In this document: positions 9,001 to 16,009 of the stretch, piece after piece
Layout: each line of letters starts with the position of its first letter
How positions within the stretch are numbered: position 1 is the stretch's first letter
Translations under genes and position numbers: made by a program
Source: Campylobacterota bacterium
GTDB taxonomy: Bacteria; Campylobacterota; Campylobacteria; Campylobacterales; Sulfurimonadaceae
Length of the DNA: 36,509 nucleotides
Assembly: GCA_034717975.1 (NCBI GenBank)
Contig: JAYEMF010000103.1
Location: 1 to 36,509, forward strand
Direction: 5' to 3'
The notes under the pieces: model-generated
The model's input: the letters and a program-made list of their open reading frames with translations, nothing else
What the model was told of the DNA's origin: nothing
The model's database searches: none

Positions 9001-9851
9001 TTGCTGATGGAGGCGGAGGAAAAGGCAACGCTCCGGGTCCGGAACAGCCAAGATCCCCTGATGAGGTTGCAAAAACCAATGAGGAGCTGAAGGGTAAAGT
9101 TGAGGACCTGGAAGCAAAAAGAGACGGCCTCACTAAAGAGTATAACACCAAGAGCGATATGAGCAATACCAAGCTGGCGAGAAGCGAATTGTCGGACATG
9201 GTGGGATCTAGGCTGTCTGGAATGGAGCCCGGATCGAGTGGATACGATGAGACCAGAAAACTACAGAGTGATATCCAGGGAGGCAAACCCGTATCTCGCG
9301 ATGATTTTGTGAATGCCGGTTTTTCTGAGGCGGATCTGACGGACAATGGTTTTGACTTCAAAAAAGGCGGGAGCCTTGGCGGCGAAGGCAAGGTTGTGGA
9401 TTTTGACACATCCGGAAAGAATATGAGGCCGGAAATTCTTTCTGAAATAAGCGGCGACCTTGACGCAACGAAGCATGATCTTGGTGTCACAAAAGCCAGT
9501 TATGATATGTCGAGCAAGCATCAGCTTGCCCTTGACGGCCCAGACAAGCCCGGTAGAATTCAGCAGGCGCTGGATGCCATTGATGGCGGCGGTGGCTGGA
9601 AAACGAAAACGAGCATGGCAGCAGGTGCTTTGATTTTTGGCAGCCAGAGCGAGACTTTTGCGAACACGCTGAGAGCGGCTGACCCCTTTGAGCATCTCAT
9701 GGGAACATCAATAGACAAGTCGAGTGAGCTTGAGTATAGTCAATACGGGCGGGGAGGAAATCAAGATGATGGAGGCCATGAGTATGTTTATGGCAACGAG
9801 CCTATTAGACCCGGGCAGGTTGAGCCATATAAAAACGAGACTGTGAAGTGA
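6087..9851 (+). CDS. traG: F-type mating-pair stabilisation protein TraG
   Basis: 1254 aa. IYTWG start, V.GIPL, multi-TM region with LQIWLMLWTPIAAIYN and GYIGWLIPLFAYAI, then a long Ser/Thr/Gly-rich C-terminal half. Confidence 0.88.
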   Translation: MKKVLPLMLIFFAGSAMAATAPDSDTIYTWGYGPFMFQQLAGLSNMMGDGFAIKVAAVIGIFSLVFKKLLDPRTSHVLEVGRFFFLSVFIYFGFMVAVPGHSTYNIKDVTNGYAVQVTGIPLVVGKSFALFSSMEYLIAQAIEQSFSTPNSTQYANAGFAFPLAAHEAMANVRPVAPYIQQSMDEFVGNCLLYAIDEGAIDPVVLYNSAAVYDDMNVNDPSRVTIVYSAANLVGDIMGCDVAQSAIKTMLINEVGNMESVAAASMGAINKYSAVGNVVSNKASDVAMALFNMSKTSQEYIMQSAAINAMQSSFVNVAKVAGIDTYSLAYGTATAERQAQTNFLISGKLAQKYLPVLKGVLTLTIVGISWLLALFALAYFDMKYLWMVFSLQIWLMLWTPIAAIYNNIQLLMVQAILEPYSSVGSWYTLNNKSVVDNEVLSALSWMGYIGWLIPLFAYAISKGSDHAFTMMANSLSSAMGGATGQAAGEVARGNIQLGEVRAGHREVVANGSSYSEGAYGARSTEAFRQNGMIGTTEHTQWKDQSARTDNLGGKSVISDTAGNATSTNAVDSRVQGGINTQQAQTVTTAQSKIDTISDKQGETASAMMKQAYTATNGNTHTEEGSEGYTKTQRLDEVTRGAFTKAYNTDDTFRESVTKSLEAKLGAAGAMDFVKGLSKGRGSVRPNASGGWSAKDEEGTTHSFSDKETDTFERSLGESVSAQISSGQMQKTATSTSKNSSDSKEWNKGFSQMTEYGEQLKEENKKVNQAQKAITAADNMGADTSAALFNHVKANYNDKVDGEGNKVEGRDLSNREALDKFLTYGNQTLGEEERTRLDTVMGEFLSGQGATQDARTGNKNKLEPKEAANISMDGVPQPGHIEKKSANAKEAPLGIEENLGGVLSTIHDSKQPSTHVDPLKAKQENLETYMKNKNSAEAPTGSVEQEFKDSYQDVQFPMAGLYAGTAMGVLGSLFADGGGGKGNAPGPEQPRSPDEVAKTNEELKGKVEDLEAKRDGLTKEYNTKSDMSNTKLARSELSDMVGSRLSGMEPGSSGYDETRKLQSDIQGGKPVSRDDFVNAGFSEADLTDNGFDFKKGGSLGGEGKVVDFDTSGKNMRPEILSEISGDLDATKHDLGVTKASYDMSSKHQLALDGPDKPGRIQQALDAIDGGGGWKTKTSMAAGALIFGSQSETFANTLRAADPFEHLMGTSIDKSSELEYSQYGRGGNQDDGGHEYVYGNEPIRPGQVEPYKNETVK

Positions 9852-10624
9852 AACATCTTGTACTGACATTGCTTTTTATCCTAAGCCTGCAATCTGCCGA
9901 CTCATTTTATTCTGATAAAAAAGACACATGGTTCTTTGGTGCTGAGCCGGTGAATGAAATCGATGAAAATGAAACCGCTCCAGAGCCGGCAGAAGACAGG
10001 ATGGCGGCAGAAGAGGAGTTCGTCAAAAATATTCCGTGGGAAAACCTTGATATGCTGAGCGCAGAGGAGTTTCAGGCAGCAATCAAGAAGACCAAAGAGA
10101 TAGCTGTCGTGCACCCTGCTCCTAAAAATATATCGGCATATATTCGCCTTCAGAAACACGCCACTGATCAGTCAGATCGATTCATGAAGGCGTGGCAGCT
10201 TGCCGTTATCCAAGACCCTTCGCTTACAGACAACCTTCCACAAGCAAAGCGGACTCGTGATAATAAACGTAAAAACGAGCAAGAGGAAAAAGACGACTTC
10301 ATCAAGGCCAACCTCAACAAAATCACGCTTGTTATGTTCTATGACGAAGAGAGGATGGGTGATGCAAGTACGCAGATTTTTGAGCTTAATGTTCTGAAGC
10401 AAAAATACGGAATAGCCTTTCAGAGTATTTCTATACAAAGCAACCCTTCCTATGAAAATGCACTTGGTCTGCAGGTGTACCCTGAAAATTGGTATTATTT
10501 TCAAGATGCGTCAGGCTCAAGTTGGAGGAGAATTGGCGCTGGAGTGAGAGGAGCGAGCGAACTGATAGATAATCTTATTTTGGTGCATAATTCAACTGAA
10601 AATGATGAAAATAGTAGAAATTAG
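9848..10624 (+). CDS. traF: Pilus assembly protein TraF (thioredoxin-like fold, no CXXC)
   Basis: Signal peptide; FY..K..WFF; AVVHP..NISAYIRLQK...SDRFMKAW; LVMFY..KQKYGI..ISI. Confidence 0.8.
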   Translation: MKHLVLTLLFILSLQSADSFYSDKKDTWFFGAEPVNEIDENETAPEPAEDRMAAEEEFVKNIPWENLDMLSAEEFQAAIKKTKEIAVVHPAPKNISAYIRLQKHATDQSDRFMKAWQLAVIQDPSLTDNLPQAKRTRDNKRKNEQEEKDDFIKANLNKITLVMFYDEERMGDASTQIFELNVLKQKYGIAFQSISIQSNPSYENALGLQVYPENWYYFQDASGSSWRRIGAGVRGASELIDNLILVHNSTENDENSRN

Positions 10625-10633
10625 CCTCTTTTT

Positions 10634-10663
10634 TACGCAAAACGAAAAAAACGGCTTATATAA
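10634..10663 (+). promoter_or_regulatory. Conserved promoter-like motif, copy upstream of traW
   Basis: TACGCAAAACGAAAAAAACGGCTTATATAA; 24 of the first 26 nt match the traG copy; ends 30 nt before the ATG. Confidence 0.8.
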
Positions 10664-10693
10664 ATAGTAACTAGGAATAATCGGAAAAAGAAT

Positions 10694-11335
10694 ATGAAAA
10701 AAAGCATCCACATCACACTGCTGCTTGCCATGTCGCTCAGCGCGGCGTCGCATACCTTTATGGAAGGCAAAACATACGAATTCGCAGAAAAAGATCTGCT
10801 TGTCGTCATTAACGAAAAGATAAACAATGAAAGGCCCCAGCTTCAGGCTAGGCTCGATGAAGCAAAAGAGCGCATTCGAGGAAATATTGAGAACTACAAG
10901 CCAGACGATCTAAACAAGCTGCCACCCGCAACGCAAGATAGAGTGTTTTATCCCGATATGACCTACACGCTTGAGATGGATATTCCTGATGCCGAGGGGA
11001 GAATAATTTATCCCAAAGGGTATAGCTACAACATATCTGACTACATATCTCTGCCTTACGAGATAGTCGTATTTGATGCGACTGATCCCAAGCAGCTCGC
11101 GTGGGTGATAGAAAATGAGTACCACACCAAAGCAGGGGAGCTTCTTATGATTACCGATGGTCAGCCGTTCAAGCTGATGAGGGAATTTAAAAAGCCTGTC
11201 TATTTCGCATTAAATAAGGTCCAGGAACGCTTTAAGCTCGAACATACCCCATCAAAAATAATCCAGATGGGAAATAAAATCAAAATAACAGAGGTTTGCT
11301 TGTCATGTACAAAACCAGAGGAGATAAAAAAATGA
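10694..11335 (+). CDS. traW: F-type pilus assembly protein TraW
   Basis: GKTYEFAEKDLL, DMTYTL..DIPDAEGRIIYPKG, FDATDPKQLAW, PVYF, HTPS. Confidence 0.9.
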   Translation: MKKSIHITLLLAMSLSAASHTFMEGKTYEFAEKDLLVVINEKINNERPQLQARLDEAKERIRGNIENYKPDDLNKLPPATQDRVFYPDMTYTLEMDIPDAEGRIIYPKGYSYNISDYISLPYEIVVFDATDPKQLAWVIENEYHTKAGELLMITDGQPFKLMREFKKPVYFALNKVQERFKLEHTPSKIIQMGNKIKITEVCLSCTKPEEIKK

Positions 11336-12216
11336 GAAAAAGTCTACTACTAAGTGTCTCGACGGCTTTGCTGTTGTTTTCAGGGTGCTCTTCCCGCGAG
11401 CCAGAGCCAGTTCCGGTGGAACTGGAAAAGAGCGAGGATGAAATGACCGTCGAAGAAGCGACGAAAATTATCGCCGAGCGCAACAAAGAGATCGTTATAG
11501 ATATTTCAAAATTGACCAAAGTGGTTGCCATCATCACCAAACAGCTTGAGGACTTGAGAGCAAAGACCGTAGAAGCAAAGGCGCTCGAAGAGGCGATTCG
11601 TGATAGTGAAGGCAGGATCGGTTCACTTGAAAAGAGGATTGCTGAACTCGAAAAAGTCAAGAAGATGTATTTAGCGCAGAAGGCGGTGATAGATGAACGA
11701 CTTAAAGCAGCTGAAGCAAATGTGGCCGATTATCAAAATGACAAGCGCATAGCCGAAGCGGTCAAAAAAACAAGTGGCGAATTTGAGAAGCGAAGCGGCT
11801 ATATTCGCATCAATTCATACCAGGTAAATCTAAGAGTCGCCCCTCTGGTGGGCAAGAAAACAAAACAGGAGTACGCAGAGCGAGGAGATGTGTTTGCATT
11901 TAAAGCGGTATCGAGCAAATGGTATCTACTGGAAAACGATCTCTATGTCCACGCTACTGTTGTTTGTGAGGATTGCTTAGTGGATGTAAATAAAGTCGAT
12001 GAAGGGTTGTCTCTTGAATCACCTGAAGTGAACTCTGAAGAAAAGCTGGTGAAAGAGACAGCTGTGGCTGAAGAAAAGACGGAAACAACCGAAGCCCCCA
12101 CTGTTCCGGAGGACGCAAAACTTGACATAAGCTTGCCAATCTTGACAGCCGAACAGATCAGTGAGGCCATGAGAGCCAAAGGGAGAGAGAAAAGCAGCGA
12201 GGACATTTTACAGTAA
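11332..12216 (+). CDS. Lipoprotein with a long coiled coil and an SH3b-like domain
   Basis: Lipobox LFSGC; heptad region; VNLRVAP...GDVF...SKWYLL...YVH; ATGA overlap with the traW stop. Confidence 0.7.
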   Translation: MRKSLLLSVSTALLLFSGCSSREPEPVPVELEKSEDEMTVEEATKIIAERNKEIVIDISKLTKVVAIITKQLEDLRAKTVEAKALEEAIRDSEGRIGSLEKRIAELEKVKKMYLAQKAVIDERLKAAEANVADYQNDKRIAEAVKKTSGEFEKRSGYIRINSYQVNLRVAPLVGKKTKQEYAERGDVFAFKAVSSKWYLLENDLYVHATVVCEDCLVDVNKVDEGLSLESPEVNSEEKLVKETAVAEEKTETTEAPTVPEDAKLDISLPILTAEQISEAMRAKGREKSSEDILQ

Positions 12217-13193
12217 TGAAAAAGCTGCTGCTGTTGCTACTCGTAACTATTTCACTGACCAGTCATGTTCATGCCCGGTGCGATATTTCATCAGGATTCG
12301 ATTTAATAACCCGAGCTTGTTTTGAGTGCATGTTTCCGCTTAGCATCGCGGCGGTCCCGGTGATGCATGGTCCAATGCCCGACGCGGCGGGACCGATAAC
12401 GACAGTGCCAATATGCGAGTGTCCAGCTCCTCCACCACTGTTTGTCCGCATAGGCGTTCCGCTGTCAATGTATAACCCCAACACGGTCATTGAAGCAGTG
12501 ACGGACCCTATGTGCATGCCTTCTTTGGGGCTGGACCTTGGAAGTCTGGTGCCGGCAGGAACATTAGGCGGTACGGATTCGGCTAAAAACAGCACAGGCG
12601 TACCGAGATCATTTTACCAAGCACACAAGCTGGCCTTCCCGATGATGTATCTGTTAGGGCTTTTCCTTGATAGCATCTGTTTTCAGCAGACGGATATTGA
12701 TATCATGTTCCTCACCGAGGTTGACCCCTCTTGGAACGAAGATGAGATAGCAGCGTATCTTGCCCCAGAAGCTCTTCTGTTCGGCAATCCGGTAGTTGCT
12801 TTGTCTTGCATGGCAGATGCCGTTACTGCCGCGGCATTCCACACACTAGACCCGCTGTTTTGGTGCAAGGGGTCACACGGAATGGCCTACCCTATGACGG
12901 GCAACGTACAATCAAAAAGTATGGTGGAGGATAGCGCATCAGCATCAGAAAACTTGCTTTATCATTTGCACCGATTGGGACTAGGGACAACACCGGGGCT
13001 TTGCTTTAAAATACCAACGCCAATTTGGAGAAAGGCAGACTATCGACTCCAGATTATCAAGCCTGTACCTCATCCGGTAGGAATGACAATCGGGCAGACA
13101 GGGTTGATGTGGGGTATGGGAAAGAACCCACCTTATATGGGCGATAACTTTGTCTATCTTATATTTAAAAAACTTAACTGTTGTGCATTTTAA
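12216..13193 (+). CDS. traU: Mating-pair protein TraU
   Basis: CFECMFPLSIA, PICECP, CMPSLG, SFYQAH, TEVDPSW, EALLFGNPV..LSCMAD, LFWCKG..G..YPMTG, terminal CCAF. Confidence 0.95.
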   Translation: MKKLLLLLLVTISLTSHVHARCDISSGFDLITRACFECMFPLSIAAVPVMHGPMPDAAGPITTVPICECPAPPPLFVRIGVPLSMYNPNTVIEAVTDPMCMPSLGLDLGSLVPAGTLGGTDSAKNSTGVPRSFYQAHKLAFPMMYLLGLFLDSICFQQTDIDIMFLTEVDPSWNEDEIAAYLAPEALLFGNPVVALSCMADAVTAAAFHTLDPLFWCKGSHGMAYPMTGNVQSKSMVEDSASASENLLYHLHRLGLGTTPGLCFKIPTPIWRKADYRLQIIKPVPHPVGMTIGQTGLMWGMGKNPPYMGDNFVYLIFKKLNCCAF

Positions 13194-13202
13194 GGAGCGC
13201 CC

Positions 13203-14156
13203 ATGTTGCGATATATAATTGTCAGCCTATTCTTGTCAGCCCTGCTTTTCGGAGCAGACGATATCACAGAAAAAAAAGAAGCCTTTGGCGAGCGATATCT
13301 TAAAAGTGACCGAATAGGAACGGATGCATCACATCTCGAAATGCTCAACAGCTTTAGTCAGCACGATATCCAAACAACGGATTTGAATATTTCTAAATAT
13401 ATCATTGATAATAATATTGAGAAGCTAGGTCAGACAAACCAAAATACACATGCCGTATCAGTAGCAGAGGACATTAGCGAGCAAGCGAAATCCGATGCTT
13501 TTAAAGCTACTATCGGGCGAAATATGGATCATATCATTAATGACGAAAAGCTTGATTGGGGGAAGTATCTCGGAGAATATAAAGACCAGACGCAGAACAT
13601 CATCGATCAGATGAAAAACGAAGATAGCCCGTACCTGTCAAAGAATAAATTTCTTGGCGCAAAGCAACGGTTATTTGTCGTCATCTCTTCATCCATGCCG
13701 GATGAGACAATAAGGCAGTATTTTTCTGATCTTGAAAGCGTTAACACCGACGTTGCGTTTGTTGTTAGAGGCGTTATGGGTGGGCCGGAAGCTATTATGC
13801 CGACCATTGAGTATTTTGACAAGCTTTTAATTAAAAATAAGAAAAGAGACAAGAAAGAGCCGGGCAATAGGTATAACCACAACATCACCATTAATCCAAA
13901 GATTACACAGCGTTTCGACATTGATCGCGTGCCTGCTGTTTTGTTTGTGGATAATTATGACCCTATCGCTGAAGCATATACGGGCAACAAGAAGGTGCAT
14001 GACGATGAAGATTTTTGGGTGCATTATGGCGATGTTGAAATCGAATACGCGCTGAAAACAATTAACCGATCTGCAAAGCGCCAGGGGCTAAAGACGCTGA
14101 TATCGGCAATGAACGATAGCTATTTTAAAACAAGGAAAACCATTGAGCAGCAATAA
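13203..14156 (+). CDS. trbC: F-type pilus assembly protein TrbC
   Basis: LFVVISSSMP, FVVRG, ITINP....FDIDRVPA, YGDV.IEYAL. Confidence 0.88.
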   Translation: MLRYIIVSLFLSALLFGADDITEKKEAFGERYLKSDRIGTDASHLEMLNSFSQHDIQTTDLNISKYIIDNNIEKLGQTNQNTHAVSVAEDISEQAKSDAFKATIGRNMDHIINDEKLDWGKYLGEYKDQTQNIIDQMKNEDSPYLSKNKFLGAKQRLFVVISSSMPDETIRQYFSDLESVNTDVAFVVRGVMGGPEAIMPTIEYFDKLLIKNKKRDKKEPGNRYNHNITINPKITQRFDIDRVPAVLFVDNYDPIAEAYTGNKKVHDDEDFWVHYGDVEIEYALKTINRSAKRQGLKTLISAMNDSYFKTRKTIEQQ

Positions 14157-14502
14157 AATAAGAGAATATATGGGTATTAGGATTGTGGCTATTGGCTTAG
14201 TGACTGCATCATACGGCATGGCAGCTACTTATGGAGCATTTGTTGAAAATATCACTGAATCCGAAATATTTAGACACATTGCAGAAGCGCCGCAGATCGC
14301 TTTGCTCGGTGCGGAATACATACTTCCTGCGCTGTTCTTGATCCTCTGGACGGGCATAGGAGTTTTTATATCCTCTGTGCTCTATCCTGCCGTAGAAACC
14401 GCATTTATGGAGGGCGTTGCACACCCTATATCCAAGATGTTTTCGAGGCTTGAGAAAACCATTAGAGGGAAGATAATGCTGGTCAAGAAGGAGGCGGTAT
14501 GA
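14143..14502 (+). CDS. Small membrane protein (2 TM), start uncertain
   Basis: Two hydrophobic segments; overlaps both neighbours in operon fashion. Confidence 0.6.
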   Translation: MSSNKIREYMGIRIVAIGLVTASYGMAATYGAFVENITESEIFRHIAEAPQIALLGAEYILPALFLILWTGIGVFISSVLYPAVETAFMEGVAHPISKMFSRLEKTIRGKIMLVKKEAV

Positions 14503-14903
14503 AAAAGAGCATAATCGGATTGTCTTTGTCGTTCGTGTCACTATGGGCGGAGCCGGCATATAGCGATATTTATGCCAGTGCGGATAAAGCTGTGTTCTCG
14601 CGAAAGCCAATTGTCTTTGTCGTTATGTCTTCTACATGCTCGCATTGTTACAGCTATTGGAATCGCACCCTGAGTGATCCGGACATAGAGACACTGCTTG
14701 ATAATAATTTTGAGCTTGCAGTATCTGTTGTTGATCAGGGAGGAAAGATCCCTTCAAATCTTCCCTTTAAGGGACAGTTGCCCACAACATATATTCTTTC
14801 TGCTGATGCCAAATTGCTATCTAATCCCATTGAAGGCGATATTGACAAGACGAAACTATATAGCTTGCTATACAGTCTAAATGAGGCGAGACGAAGCGAG
14901 TAG
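14499..14903 (+). CDS. Exported thioredoxin-family protein (TrbB/SoxW-like)
   Basis: Signal peptide, KPIVFVV, CSHC, cis-Pro loop LPTTYIL; RBS AGGAGG. Confidence 0.8.
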   Translation: MKKSIIGLSLSFVSLWAEPAYSDIYASADKAVFSRKPIVFVVMSSTCSHCYSYWNRTLSDPDIETLLDNNFELAVSVVDQGGKIPSNLPFKGQLPTTYILSADAKLLSNPIEGDIDKTKLYSLLYSLNEARRSE

Positions 14904-14952
14904 GCGAACGCCAGGCGTGATTTCATGCAAATACAAAAAAAAGAGGCTTGTT

Positions 14953-15453
14953 ATGATGGCGGTTACCCATGTGATTACATCACTTCTTGTTGCTTCTGCT
15001 CCGATAGTCATCGGATATAACTTTAACTACGACACAGGGCTGATCTACTTGGCATCCACCGCGCTCGGTGCCCTGATAATTGACATTGATGAGCCTAAAT
15101 CTTTCGCCGGAAGGCGTTTATACTTCTTTTCATTTCTTATTAATATGAGCCTTGGACATAGGACTATCACGCATAATTACTTTATCGCAATTATAGGCTT
15201 GATTCTCTCATGGTTCTATTGGCAAAACATTTATGCGGTTGGATTTTTTTTGGGAATGACGGTGCACATAATGGGTGATGAAATGACGGGAAATGTAAAA
15301 GGTGCCTATTGGCCGATCAGTGAAAGGTTTTCTCTTTTTCCGAAGGGTTGGCGCTTCAGGGTGGGAGGCTTTGTTGAGCGAGTGATTGCCACATGTTCGA
15401 CTATCCTGCTCATAGCGATTCACGGTTACGGGGTGATGCGTGGAATACTCTGA
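14953..15453 (+). CDS. YdjM-like metal-dependent membrane hydrolase
   Basis: TH, DIDEPKS..GR, GHRTITH and HIMGD..T motifs in a hydrophobic protein. Confidence 0.85.
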   Translation: MMAVTHVITSLLVASAPIVIGYNFNYDTGLIYLASTALGALIIDIDEPKSFAGRRLYFFSFLINMSLGHRTITHNYFIAIIGLILSWFYWQNIYAVGFFLGMTVHIMGDEMTGNVKGAYWPISERFSLFPKGWRFRVGGFVERVIATCSTILLIAIHGYGVMRGIL

Positions 15454-15454
15454 A

Positions 15455-16009
15455 ATGGCCATCGCAAATTTTGTTGGACTCTTTTTTATTTCCGCCTACA
15501 CAAAGCTCAGAAACTTTGTAGTCGCAGGCGAAAACGGAGTCATGGTCGCTGTTATTTTTTTCTTTGGAACCATTTTGCACGAAATTAGCCATTTGCTGAT
15601 GGTGTGGGCTACGCTAAGCAGAGCAACCAGTATTGACCTGGTGCCAAGGATGGCGGATGTGAAAACGGATTTTGGGCTAATTGAGCGTCGGTGGACGCTG
15701 GGCGGTGTGACCTATATCCCTCGCAGCAAGCTTGCATACTTTCCAGCCGGGATGGCTCCTTTACTATTGATTGTTCCCGCATTTATTGTGTATTCCAACT
15801 GGCTTACATGGTTTGAGGTGTCGTGGGTTTCGATTGTGTCACTCTATGTTGTCGTGTACTTATTGCTGTTTAGCAGCATTCCTTCTCCGTCCGACTTTCG
15901 CATAGCCTTCGAAGGTAACGGATGGGCAGTCTGGATTCTGATTATTGCCGTTACGGCAGCGATTTACAATTTCCATATAAAGGAGCTAATCGATGTCATA
16001 TCAATATGA
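15455..16009 (+). CDS. Membrane zinc metalloprotease-like protein (HExxH; M50-like/zincin)
   Basis: GTILHEISH, LGGV, APL and PSPSD motifs; several TM segments. Confidence 0.75.
   Translation: MAIANFVGLFFISAYTKLRNFVVAGENGVMVAVIFFFGTILHEISHLLMVWATLSRATSIDLVPRMADVKTDFGLIERRWTLGGVTYIPRSKLAYFPAGMAPLLLIVPAFIVYSNWLTWFEVSWVSIVSLYVVVYLLLFSSIPSPSDFRIAFEGNGWAVWILIIAVTAAIYNFHIKELIDVISI

Noticed and set aside
8942..9490. Antisense and alternate-frame ORFs over tra genes (e.g. 8942-9490, 22440-23060, 17874-18365)
   Set aside because: They are shadows of well-supported genes and carry no motifs of their own.
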